From positions 166,446 through 230,445 of IMG/VR virus record IMGVR_UViG_3300044974_001280: 64,000 bases of DNA; one strand, 5' to 3'. This document shows positions 38,136-47,712 of the stretch, piece after piece. The stretch's first letter is position 1; each line of letters opens with the position of its first letter. Both the position numbers and the translations under genes were made by a program. The notes under the pieces were generated by a model, which saw nothing but the letters and a program-made list of their open reading frames with translations, did not search any database and was not told the DNA's origin.

Positions 38136-38776
38136 GTGCAAGTCCATATCAATTTAGAAGAGCAGAAATTCTGGAATGATCCTGCAATTTGGGAAAATAA
38201 AAACGATCTTAAATACTGGTCAACTAATTTTTCTTCCCCTGAGCAGCTTTGGACTGATCTAATTTATCCTCTTTATGTTCCCCATCTGGGAAATAGAAAT
38301 TTAGAAATAGCGCCGGAGGTGGTAGAATCACAGAATTTTTCTTGAATCACTGTCCTTCCCTGAGTTTGGTTGAATACAACTCTGTTCCTCTTAAATTTTG
38401 TTTAGATAGATTTGGAGATAGAATCCACGGTTACCACATGAACGATGGAAAATCTTTGACCTGCTTCCCAAGTTCATCCTTCGATGCAATTGTTTCCTTC
38501 GATTCTTTTGTTCATATTCACTGGGATATTATTCGAGATTATCTGCCGGAAATGCATCGAGTTTTAAATATAGGGGGAAAGGCAACTTTGCATCACGCCT
38601 GGTTTGGAGGAGGTGAAGATCTGTCCTTTAAAAACAAGGGTGGCAGAGCAAATCTAGATCATGAAGAACTTAACAAAGAACTTCATCGACTTGGTTTTAA
38701 GATCGTTCAGCAGGTTCAGTGCAGTCCATCTCCACTTACAACAGATCTGGTTACCACATTTCAGAAAATAAATTAA
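38136..38776 (+). pseudogene. Class I SAM methyltransferase split by a 1-nt frameshift in motif I
   Basis: Adding one base near 38314 gives LEIAPGGGRITEFFLNHC, continuing into SFDSFVH..MHRVLNIGG. Confidence 0.75.
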
Positions 38777-38793
38777 GAAAGTTATCATAAAAA

Positions 38794-39189
38794 ATGACCT
38801 ACCAAAACTTCGACTTCAAAAGGATAACAGAGGAAATTTCAGACCACTTAAAAAATGTTTCCTACCCTAATGGTGAAGTGTCGGATTTAGGCAACGAGGT
38901 AGGCTTGGCTTTAGGTAAATCCCTGCCCCTAATTTCAAACCAGGAGATTGAAGAATTTATTAGGGGAGTGCATCACGGGATTGATTTGGCAACCTCCAAT
39001 TCACAAATATCAAGAATGGATTCTGCCTACCAAAAGTACTACAACGCCTGGATGTACACTCTGAACGATCCACTCACGAAATCCGACTTTATTGCTCGTT
39101 CAATATCAGACAAGGATTTTGCGAAAATATGGGGTGCAATTCCTCCTGATTCTTCATCAGATTCAATCAAAGAAAGAAACGATGATTAA
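38794..39189 (+). CDS. Hypothetical protein
   Basis: Co-directional ORF. Confidence 0.65.
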   Translation: MTYQNFDFKRITEEISDHLKNVSYPNGEVSDLGNEVGLALGKSLPLISNQEIEEFIRGVHHGIDLATSNSQISRMDSAYQKYYNAWMYTLNDPLTKSDFIARSISDKDFAKIWGAIPPDSSSDSIKERNDD

Positions 39190-39571
39190 AAATAAATATT
39201 TTGACTTCTCTGGTCGAATTGGCGGTACCACTTATTTTTTAAGGTCTATTCTTGCAAATATTTTGCAGTACCTAGCTGGGTTCACATGTGGTGTGGGATG
39301 GGAGTTAAATATAATAGTGTTACTATTAGGATGTGGTATGTTATTTTTAGTTTATTGGTATACCTTTGCGACCATTTATAAAAGAGCAAATGCTATTGAT
39401 TCTAAAAATGCTAATCTATGGACCGGGGTGAGTGTTGTAATCGGGTGTGTCCTGGTATTTGAAAATATCGGTGTTGGAGATGTATTTTTTAAATTATTAA
39501 ACTTCTTAATGTTAGTAATGCATCTTATATTTATTTTCAAAAACGCTGAGTCTCAAAAAGACCAAAACTAA
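39182..39571 (+). CDS. DUF805-like membrane protein
   Basis: YFDFSGRIG...Y, four hydrophobic segments, KR motif. Confidence 0.7.
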   Translation: MIKNKYFDFSGRIGGTTYFLRSILANILQYLAGFTCGVGWELNIIVLLLGCGMLFLVYWYTFATIYKRANAIDSKNANLWTGVSVVIGCVLVFENIGVGDVFFKLLNFLMLVMHLIFIFKNAESQKDQN

Positions 39572-39691
39572 AAATAAGACTCTTTAAGTAAATTCTGAAA
39601 TGGAATAATTTTTGCCGATCCAAATTTAAACCTTTTTTGGTTTTATTTTTTGTCGGATCTTTTTCGTATATTTGCTACAAATTACAACACC

Positions 39692-40342
39692 ATGATCGAC
39701 AACCTTCATCTAATAAAACCTCTGCTCAATTTTGAGAAAACTGGAGATTTTTACATGCTCTATGTGTTAAAGAGAAAAAAGGACCAGCCCGGAGAAGAAA
39801 GGGACAACCACCAATCGGTCAGAACAATCAAAACCTACTGTATCGAAAGTGTTGACCACTTAGACCGTAGATACGATGAAATTAAACAATTGTGCGAGCT
39901 GTTTAAAGCCCGTGCTTATATTCATGTTCAAAAGCAAAATCACCAAGATGTTTCTTTGAGCATGATGGTTGCCTTGGCAGAAAGAATTCGAAATGGTCAA
40001 GCGAACCAAAAAAATCTTTTCGATTCTGTTGTTGGCCAAATCCAAACCCACGAGAAAAGATGGATTGTGGATGTTGATGGGTCACAAACTCCAAGTCCTA
40101 TGATGATGTCCTATTTGGAGTATCGATGCCAACCCATCACCGTAGTCGACTTTGATGAAGCTGGGTTTCCTGTCGGCCACAAGGTGGGTCCGAAAATAGA
40201 GGCTATTATCCCCACCAAAAACGGCCACCATTTAATCACCAAAAAGTTTGACGTTATGGAATTTAGAAAAAAATATCCAGATGTCGACATTCAAAAGAAA
40301 AATCCCACACTTCTCTTTTTGCCTTTAAGTTTATCAAATTAA
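39692..40342 (+). CDS. Primpol/AEP-like protein of RNA-repair neighbourhoods
   Basis: RKKD, ARAYI, WIVDVD (DxD), IPTKNGHHLIT. Confidence 0.6.
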   Translation: MIDNLHLIKPLLNFEKTGDFYMLYVLKRKKDQPGEERDNHQSVRTIKTYCIESVDHLDRRYDEIKQLCELFKARAYIHVQKQNHQDVSLSMMVALAERIRNGQANQKNLFDSVVGQIQTHEKRWIVDVDGSQTPSPMMMSYLEYRCQPITVVDFDEAGFPVGHKVGPKIEAIIPTKNGHHLITKKFDVMEFRKKYPDVDIQKKNPTLLFLPLSLSN

Positions 40343-40349
40343 TAAAATC

Positions 40350-40805
40350 ATGAAAAAATTATCGGTTATTTTCGATCTGGATGGAACCCTGGCTCTGATC
40401 GAAAAAAGAAGATCCAAGGCTACTCTGCCAACTGGCAAATTGAACTGGAAAGAATTTTTTGCTCCTGAGAACATCCAATTGGATGAGCCCAATTTACCAG
40501 TTATCCGAACTTTTCAGTTTTTAAAGCAGGCAGGATTAAAGGTAGGGATTTTCTCGGGGAGAGATGAGATTTCCAGAAAAGAAACCGAGCAGTGGTTGGG
40601 TGATCAAGGGATCGTGCCTGATTTCCTCCAAATGAGATCACATCACGATTACACCCCGGACGAGGTCTTGAAGAAGGCATGGATGGATAAATTTATCTCG
40701 GAGGGAAATGAAATAATGTGCGTTTATGATGATAGAGATAAAGTAGTAAAAATGTGGAGGGACCAAGGTATTGCCTGTTTTCAAGTTAACTACGGAGCAT
40801 TCTAA
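40350..40805 (+). CDS. Polynucleotide 3'-phosphatase (PseT C-terminal-like HAD)
   Basis: FDLDGTLA, FSGR, MR..D..PDEVLK, YDDRDKVVKMWR. Confidence 0.9.
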   Translation: MKKLSVIFDLDGTLALIEKRRSKATLPTGKLNWKEFFAPENIQLDEPNLPVIRTFQFLKQAGLKVGIFSGRDEISRKETEQWLGDQGIVPDFLQMRSHHDYTPDEVLKKAWMDKFISEGNEIMCVYDDRDKVVKMWRDQGIACFQVNYGAF

Positions 40806-40823
40806 AACAAATTCGACAAAAGG

Positions 40824-41207
40824 ATGAAATCTTTATTTTTATTAAGAGGCTGCCCAGGGGCTGGAAAATCCACCCTAGCCAAAGCAATCGGGGGTTCTCA
40901 CGTCGAGGCTGATATGTTCTTCATGAAAGACAACGAATATAAATTTGATCCTCTTCTGCTCAAAGAAGCTCACGAGTGGTGCAAAAAAACTGCAGAAACT
41001 GCTATGAGTAGAGGAGAAGATAAGGTAGTCGTGTCCAACACTTTCACCAGAAAATGGGAAATGTCGGCCTATTATGAACTTGCAGAAAAATACGGATTCA
41101 CCGTTTTTTCATTGATTGTTGAAAACAGACACGGGGGAAAGAATGTCCACGGAGTACCTGACGAAAGAATCCTCCAAATGAAGGAAAGATTCGAAATTGT
41201 TCTGTGA
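40824..41207 (+). CDS. P-loop polynucleotide kinase-like (AAA_33)
   Basis: LRGCPGAGKSTLA, EADMFF, VSNTF, HGVP. Confidence 0.88.
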   Translation: MKSLFLLRGCPGAGKSTLAKAIGGSHVEADMFFMKDNEYKFDPLLLKEAHEWCKKTAETAMSRGEDKVVVSNTFTRKWEMSAYYELAEKYGFTVFSLIVENRHGGKNVHGVPDERILQMKERFEIVL

Positions 41208-41242
41208 GCTTGAAAATAAGCTCTTTAACTCAAAAAAATTCT

Positions 41243-41521
41243 ATGTCTAAATACAAACCAATCACAATTACACCAAAAGAAAAGGCACTTCAAATAGTCG
41301 GGTCGGTTGGATTTTCAACTAATAAAGTTTATGAAGTAACAACCGGTGAATACAAAAGTTTCTATTCAAATCCAAAATGGAAAGAATCAGCTCTTGCTGT
41401 TGTTGGTGAAATATTCCAGTTTATGAAAGATGATGACGAAGAATCGGAAACCTGTTATTGGGCAAACCATCCCAAAACAACATTCTGGGTGGAGGTAGAA
41501 AAAGAAATTAAAAATATGTAA
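41243..41521 (+). CDS. Hypothetical protein (TPKEKA family, cf. 46959)
   Basis: TPKEKA..SALAVVGEI..FWVEVEKEI. Confidence 0.6.
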   Translation: MSKYKPITITPKEKALQIVGSVGFSTNKVYEVTTGEYKSFYSNPKWKESALAVVGEIFQFMKDDDEESETCYWANHPKTTFWVEVEKEIKNM

Positions 41522-41525
41522 AACT

Positions 41526-41831
41526 ATGAATAAATTAATTAAAGATGGTAAAGTAGCAGTTCTTATTTCCCGTGGATACGGAGCTGGGTTCTACACTTGG
41601 GGAGCGCCCATTGAGGCAATATTTGATCCAAAGTTAGTAGAGTTGGTTGGATCAGAAGATTTTGATGGTGCAAACGAGTATGCTAGAAATACCTATATGG
41701 ACACGTACATCGGTGGGGTTGAAGATTTAGTCGTAGTGTGGGTAGATGAAGGAGAAGATTTTATTATCAATGAATATGATGGAAGTGAAAGTATCCAACT
41801 TAAAAGTAAAACAGAATGGATTACAGCATAA
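41526..41831 (+). CDS. Conserved phage hypothetical protein
   Basis: DGKVAVLISRGYGAG..W, INEYDGSESI. Confidence 0.75.
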   Translation: MNKLIKDGKVAVLISRGYGAGFYTWGAPIEAIFDPKLVELVGSEDFDGANEYARNTYMDTYIGGVEDLVVVWVDEGEDFIINEYDGSESIQLKSKTEWITA

Positions 41832-42193
41832 AACTAGAAGTGTTCAAAGAAATTGTTTCTAAACTTAAAGAACAACAAGAAAGCTTAGATAAAGCGTATA
41901 AATCAGGTGTTGACCTTATAAATTTTGTTGACCCATTAGAAAGTGCTATCTCTATGTTAATTGGTTCAATCTATGGCAAAGAAGGTAAAGAAACATTTGA
42001 TTGGTGGTGTTGGGAAAAAGAATGGGGAGAACGAATGGATTTGAAAATGACAGATAAAGATGGGGACGAATTATGTCGAACGGTAGAAGAACTACACCAA
42101 TACTTGGAAGAAAATCGAACTGATGATTATGAGTTACCCCGAGCAATGAGTGAGGAAGAACGAATGCAAATATTTAAACAGCTATATGGTTAA
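41816..42193 (+). CDS. Hypothetical protein
   Basis: Co-directional ORF. Confidence 0.65.
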   Translation: MDYSIKLEVFKEIVSKLKEQQESLDKAYKSGVDLINFVDPLESAISMLIGSIYGKEGKETFDWWCWEKEWGERMDLKMTDKDGDELCRTVEELHQYLEENRTDDYELPRAMSEEERMQIFKQLYG

Positions 42194-42683
42194 GTATTAC
42201 TATAACGATTTTATATACCCTATTAAAATGTGTATCAACTTCTTTAAGAACATTTGGATGTTCAGAAAACCCCTATATGAGTTTAAATGGTGGGATAATC
42301 ATAGTTTATTACATTTTATGAAAATAGGAATTAGTGATATGGCAAATGGTATAGAAACCAAAGGTTCGGAGGTTAATGAGACACGGCTTGTAAAAATTAC
42401 CAAAATGCGAAGGGCTATCCAAATTTTGTCTAATCACTTAGATGATTCTTATATTGAATTGGCCGAAAAAGAGTGTGGTAAATTAGTTCATAGAGAATTT
42501 AAGTTTGTTCCACTAACCGATAATTCTGAATTATTTACATTGAAAGATAACCTAACTAAAGAAGAGAGTGAACATAATTCTAAAGTATCTGAGTGTTCAC
42601 TTAAAATAGAAAACGATGAATGGGATGAACTATTTGAAATATTAAAGGATACAAACACTGGGTTGAAATCTTGGTGGGATTAA
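42186..42683 (+). CDS. Hypothetical protein
   Basis: Ends in SWWD. Confidence 0.7.
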   Translation: MVKYYYNDFIYPIKMCINFFKNIWMFRKPLYEFKWWDNHSLLHFMKIGISDMANGIETKGSEVNETRLVKITKMRRAIQILSNHLDDSYIELAEKECGKLVHREFKFVPLTDNSELFTLKDNLTKEESEHNSKVSECSLKIENDEWDELFEILKDTNTGLKSWWD

Positions 42684-42702
42684 TATTAAAAAAATAAAAA
42701 AA

Positions 42703-42915
42703 ATGAAAAAATTAGTTTATCTAGAGGATCTTTCCCTGACGGGAATCCCGATCACGAAGTTGATTTTCAAAGCCCTCCGAGAAATTCCGGACGACAAGAA
42801 AAATGAAATCCTGTCTATTTACAGGGAATTATACGAACAGACTTTATCAGATCTCCAAAAAGCCTACGAGATGGGTATTTCCGAAGGTCAAAAACAAGCC
42901 CTAAATCCCGAATAA
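42703..42915 (+). CDS. Hypothetical protein
   Basis: Co-directional ORF. Confidence 0.6.
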   Translation: MKKLVYLEDLSLTGIPITKLIFKALREIPDDKKNEILSIYRELYEQTLSDLQKAYEMGISEGQKQALNPE

Positions 42916-42917
42916 AC

Positions 42918-43169
42918 ATGCTAGAATCAACCCTCATCTCCCTGGGATTTGACAAAGATTACATGATCGATGACGAGACCGGGGAAACGTGCTGTCCCCA
43001 CTATGTGCTCAATTTTCCAGATTTTACCTTGCAGGGCCTGCCTTTCACAGACGATTCCAATTCCTGGTTTGTTATTTCTACTTTTTCTTCTCATTTAAGA
43101 ATTGAATTTGACGATGAATTGATCCAATTAGTTCATTTATTCAGAAAAAATTGCAGGACAGAGGACTAA
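42918..43169 (+). CDS. Hypothetical protein
   Basis: Co-directional ORF. Confidence 0.6.
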   Translation: MLESTLISLGFDKDYMIDDETGETCCPHYVLNFPDFTLQGLPFTDDSNSWFVISTFSSHLRIEFDDELIQLVHLFRKNCRTED

Positions 43170-43240
43170 GTAAGAAATAATCAGAATATTTCTCCTATAA
43201 GATAAATACCTTATTCAAATTCATAAAAAATAAATCCCAC

Positions 43241-43681
43241 GTGACAAATAAAAAAACAATTTACATTGGCTCGGATCATGCAGGCTATGAGCTCAAAAGT
43301 TTTATCATCGACAAGCTTCAAGAAAACGAATTCACGGTCAGAGATTTCGGTACCCATTCTGAAGAGTCAGTAGACTATCCAAACATCGCTCATTCACTGT
43401 CAGGAACCCTTTATAACAACATTGGAATTCTAATTTGTGGTTCGGGCAACGGAATGACCATGGCTGCTAATAAGTGGAATAGGTCCAGAGCAGCTTTGTG
43501 TTGGAACGAGGAAGTTTCTAGACTGGCCAGAAGCCACAACGACGCCAACATTTTATGTCTACCTGCCAGGTTTATCTCCTCCAGCGAGGCCTGGAAAATA
43601 GTAAAGACCTTCTTAGAAACTCCCTTCGAAGGGGGAAGACACGAACAAAGAGTTAATTTAATTCCTATTTTCAATGACTAA
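43241..43681 (+). CDS. rpiB: Ribose-5-phosphate isomerase B
   Basis: IGSDHAGYELK, SVDYP, GILICGSGNG, RSHNDANIL, FEGGRH..R. Confidence 0.96.
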   Translation: MTNKKTIYIGSDHAGYELKSFIIDKLQENEFTVRDFGTHSEESVDYPNIAHSLSGTLYNNIGILICGSGNGMTMAANKWNRSRAALCWNEEVSRLARSHNDANILCLPARFISSSEAWKIVKTFLETPFEGGRHEQRVNLIPIFND

Positions 43682-43958
43682 TCAGTTCAATCTCAACAAG
43701 ATCTACATTATCGGCAGATTGGTGGATCTGAAAGACGCTGCCGGATTTCCTTCTAATTTAAAGAAGATAAGGGTTGCAGAAATCACCAAGTGTTCTATTC
43801 TGTTAGAAGATCTAGATTCACCCCCGGAAACGAAAAAATTTCACAGATCACTTTTAGAAGAGATGAACAAAAATTGGAAAATAGTCGAGGTTGTGGAAGA
43901 TGCTCCGGCCCAAACTTATCCTGGTCAAGGACCCACCTACATTGCTCTAAATTCCTAA
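43674..43958 (+). CDS. Hypothetical protein
   Basis: Co-directional ORF. Confidence 0.6.
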   Translation: MTNQFNLNKIYIIGRLVDLKDAAGFPSNLKKIRVAEITKCSILLEDLDSPPETKKFHRSLLEEMNKNWKIVEVVEDAPAQTYPGQGPTYIALNS

Positions 43959-43959
43959 A

Positions 43960-44199
43960 GTGGAGAAAGAAGAAAACGTTAGATATCTTGATTTAGAAGA
44001 TGGAGTCATGGGAGAGATTCTAATTCTTACCGACACCTACCACAATTCTACCAGCACTCATTTTGAAAAAGAGTACAGGTGTTCTCTTTTAAGAGATGAT
44101 ATAAAAATTTACTTGACTTCTTTAAGTTCTTTGGAGGAATCTGAAAATTATTTAATACATTTGAAGAAAAATAAATTTATCCCTCCTGACAGTTTATAA
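43960..44199 (+). CDS. Hypothetical protein
   Basis: GTG start. Confidence 0.5.
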   Translation: MEKEENVRYLDLEDGVMGEILILTDTYHNSTSTHFEKEYRCSLLRDDIKIYLTSLSSLEESENYLIHLKKNKFIPPDSL

Positions 44200-44218
44200 C
44201 AAATTAAAACATTTTTTC

Positions 44219-44578
44219 ATGTCTCCTTTTCTGATAATTTTTATTGCTGCCGTGGTGATTACCCTACTCTGGGTAAAAGGCATAACCTACATGCACGAGA
44301 ACAACCCTGATTATAAAGGTCTAGATCTATTCAGTGAAGGTCTAGAAGTAGATCTATTAAATGACCACGAGCCCGTTACACCCTCCGAAAACCTGTATCA
44401 AGAGTATGTTCGCGTGGCCGGAGGGATGGAAGAGGTAGACTATTCACTCCACGTCGATGATCCAGTCAACAATTGCACTCGTCTGATGACCGAGCAAGAA
44501 TTCTGGGAGTGCGTTGCTAAAAATCCGGATTTCCTTTTGAAGGAGAAGATATGTCTATCACGGAGGAAAAAGATTTGA
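44219..44578 (+). CDS. Membrane-anchored hypothetical protein
   Basis: N-terminal TM; WVKGI.YM....PDYKG.DLF. Confidence 0.65.
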   Translation: MSPFLIIFIAAVVITLLWVKGITYMHENNPDYKGLDLFSEGLEVDLLNDHEPVTPSENLYQEYVRVAGGMEEVDYSLHVDDPVNNCTRLMTEQEFWECVAKNPDFLLKEKICLSRRKKI

Positions 44579-44643
44579 TAGATCTTGTCAAAGTACTGCG
44601 AATAATTTGGAAATCTTAACTACGTCCGGCATATCCAAAAAAA

Positions 44644-44925
44644 ATGATAAAATGGCTCTACAAACCCTCCGGTCAGTGTCCTATCCAGGCAGAGGGAGAA
44701 TTTTTAAACCACTATTTTTATTTTAGAGCAAGGTGGTCCACTGTTCTCATTGAATTTGCACCCTCTGAGAGACATTGGAATGACTCTGAAAACATCCACA
44801 CCTATTTTTTGTGGAAAACTGAATCCCCCATGGCCGGATGGGTACCCAAGTGGCAATGTTTGGTGCTTATTTACTGGGGATGTTTAAGATTTTTTTGGGA
44901 TCAAAAGATAAAACAAAATCTATGA
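44644..44925 (+). CDS. Hypothetical protein
   Basis: CPIQAEG...YFYFRARW. Confidence 0.7.
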   Translation: MIKWLYKPSGQCPIQAEGEFLNHYFYFRARWSTVLIEFAPSERHWNDSENIHTYFLWKTESPMAGWVPKWQCLVLIYWGCLRFFWDQKIKQNL

Positions 44926-45185
44926 AACTATACACAGAAGAACAAATGAGTATTGCAATTGCTCAAGCAAAAGCTAACCCTGAGCTAGCATATTTATTAA
45001 TGGTTACACTTAAACCCATCGAACTACCAAATGAGGATGAGATATATCACAATGCAAGTAATTGGGTATTTGATAAAAACTCAATGAAATGGTCAAACAA
45101 TGATGATACAGCAGGAGATAACCTTGGTAGTTTTATTGAGGGAGCGAAATGGATGCGTGATCAAATACAAGGAGGTAACAAATGA
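44922..45185 (+). CDS. Hypothetical protein, MKLYT..PIELP family
   Basis: ATG 44922; FIEGAKWMRDQI. Confidence 0.7.
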   Translation: MKLYTEEQMSIAIAQAKANPELAYLLMVTLKPIELPNEDEIYHNASNWVFDKNSMKWSNNDDTAGDNLGSFIEGAKWMRDQIQGGNK

Positions 45186-45421
45186 GGGTTGATTCGGAAA
45201 GTGCATTGATAAAATTCATCAATCAATTAAAGTCGGCTGGAATTGATATTCCGGAAAATTTAACATTTGAATTTGATAGCCAAGAGTTACAAATTTTTTT
45301 CAACGAATTAGCTAATCATTATTTACAACCACCATTTGACGGTGTGAATATATTTAGTCCCGATAATAACATAACGGAATTTATTTATTTCGGGCATAAA
45401 ATGAAATTAAAACAACAATGA
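45182..45421 (+). CDS. Hypothetical protein
   Basis: ATGA overlap. Confidence 0.6.
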   Translation: MRVDSESALIKFINQLKSAGIDIPENLTFEFDSQELQIFFNELANHYLQPPFDGVNIFSPDNNITEFIYFGHKMKLKQQ

Positions 45422-45651
45422 ACAACACCAAACAAAGTAGTATTTTATGGTTACAACAGGCATTAGAGACCATATTAACACACCAGCAAATCATGCAAAC
45501 AATTGGGATATTTGTACAGTCCCATGAGATGCACAAAGAGGAACACGCTGAAACTTGGAACAGCGCTATTGATGCAGTTCAAAAAGAAAAATGGGAATCC
45601 TACGAGCAATATTACAACGAAACTTTTAATTGTATAGCAAATGAAATTTGA
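45418..45651 (+). CDS. Hypothetical protein, KQSS..W / NETFN family
   Basis: Shares both ends with 47198. Confidence 0.65.
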   Translation: MNNTKQSSILWLQQALETILTHQQIMQTIGIFVQSHEMHKEEHAETWNSAIDAVQKEKWESYEQYYNETFNCIANEI

Positions 45652-45805
45652 ATTAATGCAGTATAGATGGTATCGTAAATGGAAAGGTGGGACTTATTAT
45701 CTTATTTACAATTGGGTTACTTTACCATTTTGGTGTGATAAAATGATTACATCCTGTGGTGGAAGAGCAATTAAAATAGAAAAATTTAACACAAAATTAA
45801 TATAG
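45641..45805 (+). CDS. Hypothetical protein (54 aa, not in the ORF track)
   Basis: MKFELMQYRWYRKWKGG...EKFNTKLI. Confidence 0.55.
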   Translation: MKFELMQYRWYRKWKGGTYYLIYNWVTLPFWCDKMITSCGGRAIKIEKFNTKLI

Positions 45806-45856
45806 AAAGTTTGGGTGGAATTAAAAAATAACTTATCTTTACTTTGTAATTAAAAA

Positions 45857-46495
45857 ATGAGAGTTATGTATTATCAAATTAAAGAAACCCTAACTAAAGA
45901 AGAAAATTTGGAATTGTCTAAAGCTTATGAAGATAAAGCTAAGGAATATCTAAATCAATTCAACGAACTATTGAAGAACGCTAATAAAGAATTTCCGGGC
46001 CGTACCTTTGGTTTAAGTAAAGCTAAGTTGGAAAAGTTGAAAACTCCAAATGAGGTTTATGACCGTCTGCAATCAGCGGCTCGTTCCTACTACAACACCA
46101 AATCCACTTACGAAATGCGTGAGAGAATGGTGAAAGAAAAGGAAGAGAAAGAGAAACAAGCAGAGCTCCTAAAACAACGAGAAGCTGAAAAATCTAATTT
46201 GGTCAATGAAGCTATCGCCTTTTGTTTGGTCAATGGACGAACCTTTGGTGATGGTCTTTCGGTAGAAACTGCAATCTCAATCGCCAACGATATTGCATTC
46301 CAAAAAGAAGTTGAGAAACGTAAAGTTGAAATCGGCGATGGTTACATTGGCTTTTCAGGTCAGAACTGTGAAGATGAATGTGATGGTTGGAATCCACAAT
46401 ACCACCGGTGCCAATGTGGCAATCGTAGAGTAAGTTGGACTGATGGTTATTATTCAGACTTTCGAAATATGGAAATCTACGCTGAAGCTTACTAA
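45857..46495 (+). CDS. Coiled-coil protein with a C-terminal Cys cluster
   Basis: NCEDECDGW....RCQCGNRRV. Confidence 0.75.
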   Translation: MRVMYYQIKETLTKEENLELSKAYEDKAKEYLNQFNELLKNANKEFPGRTFGLSKAKLEKLKTPNEVYDRLQSAARSYYNTKSTYEMRERMVKEKEEKEKQAELLKQREAEKSNLVNEAIAFCLVNGRTFGDGLSVETAISIANDIAFQKEVEKRKVEIGDGYIGFSGQNCEDECDGWNPQYHRCQCGNRRVSWTDGYYSDFRNMEIYAEAY

Positions 46496-46514
46496 ATTTT
46501 AACACCAAATAGAA

Positions 46515-46706
46515 ATGACACAAGAACAAAAAGAGTGGATTGATTCTGCTAACTATGAACAACTTCTTAGCACATATAGATTTGCTTCAGCTGGAGACCC
46601 TATGTTTATGGGAGAATGTGGAAAATACTATCTCGAAGTGATGCGTGAAAAGAAGCATAAACACCCCAATCCCAGCGAAGTTAGCAAACTAATAGGATGG
46701 GGATAA
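46515..46706 (+). CDS. Hypothetical protein
   Basis: Between two junction motifs. Confidence 0.7.
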   Translation: MTQEQKEWIDSANYEQLLSTYRFASAGDPMFMGECGKYYLEVMREKKHKHPNPSEVSKLIGWG

Positions 46707-46731
46707 ATCAAACCTTTAACACCAAATAAAC

Positions 46732-46962
46732 ATGAAAGAATATCTTATTACTCAAGAACAAATAGAAAAACTTGAACACTTCAAGAAAATGTTTGAATTC
46801 AATGCCCAATTAGTTCTAGACTTATGTAGTGGTGAAAGGGACGATATTGTATATGGGTTTGAACTTGGACGAATGTATTCACATCTAAGACAATGTTTTA
46901 TTGATATGATGAAACTTGAGTCTGAAATCAGAAATCAACCATTTAACACCAAAGAGAAATGA
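46732..46962 (+). CDS. Hypothetical protein
   Basis: Between two junction motifs; ends FNTKEK. Confidence 0.7.
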   Translation: MKEYLITQEQIEKLEHFKKMFEFNAQLVLDLCSGERDDIVYGFELGRMYSHLRQCFIDMMKLESEIRNQPFNTKEK

Positions 46963-47201
46963 CACCTAAAGAAAAATCAGAAGAACTTTACTACAAATAT
47001 TATCAGCTGGTCGCAGATGGACCATATCCCGAAGATAATGCTAAAAAATGTTCATTAATTGCAATTGATGAGATGATGGAGGTATATGCTTCAGCACTTC
47101 ACTCTATGGGTATTGCAAAAGATATTGCCGAATTAACACTAAGCCCATATCTTATGCAAGTAAAGCACGAAATTGAAAATCTTAAAATTGACAGTAAATG
47201 A
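46959..47201 (+). CDS. Hypothetical protein (MTPKEK family)
   Basis: AKKCSLIAIDE..VKHEI. Confidence 0.7.
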   Translation: MTPKEKSEELYYKYYQLVADGPYPEDNAKKCSLIAIDEMMEVYASALHSMGIAKDIAELTLSPYLMQVKHEIENLKIDSK

Positions 47202-47482
47202 AACAAAGTAGTATAGAGTGGTATGAACGCCAAGTCTGGGACCTGCTAATTCGATTTGAAAACAAGGAAATAACACTTGGCCAATATGGTGTTACCCGTG
47301 TTGACTTATTTAATCAAGCAAAAGAGATGCATAATAATGAGATGAATGTTAAAATCCAAAAAGCAATTGACAAATTTGAAGAAGCAAAAACCAATTCATC
47401 ATCTTTTAGAGACATAATCTACTTGGATGGTGTCTTAGCAGTTTTAGACACAATAAAAAACGAAACCTTTAACACCAAATAA
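47198..47482 (+). CDS. Hypothetical protein (MKQSS..W / NETFNTK family)
   Basis: ATGA overlap. Confidence 0.7.
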   Translation: MKQSSIEWYERQVWDLLIRFENKEITLGQYGVTRVDLFNQAKEMHNNEMNVKIQKAIDKFEEAKTNSSSFRDIIYLDGVLAVLDTIKNETFNTK

Positions 47483-47484
47483 AA

Positions 47485-47712
47485 ATGAAAATACCAACAG
47501 CAGAAGAAACATACACTAAAGTAACAGGTTGTATTATCAATCATAAAGATGTTAAAACAGCAATGATTGAATTTGCCAAACTTCATGTTGAAGCCGCTTT
47601 AAAAGCTTCTCTTGAAAGTATACCCTGTTTAGGTTCTAGTACTGATATTGCAACTTATGATGAAGTTGAAGAGGCCGTTTTAAACGCTTATCCATTAACA
47701 AATATAAAATGA
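47485..47712 (+). CDS. Hypothetical protein
   Basis: AMIEFAKLHVEAALK..AYPLTNIK. Confidence 0.7.
   Translation: MKIPTAEETYTKVTGCIINHKDVKTAMIEFAKLHVEAALKASLESIPCLGSSTDIATYDEVEEAVLNAYPLTNIK

Larger units (their letters stand above)
46498..47479 (+). repeat. Gene-junction motif TTTAACACCAAA-N5-ATG (4 copies)
   Basis: Exact 12-mer at 46498, 46715, 46942 and 47468, each 5 nt before an ATG. Confidence 0.9.

Noticed and set aside
46498-47479. Mini-CRISPR from the 12-mer repeats
   Set aside because: Repeats are too short and are separated by whole genes of 200-500 nt.
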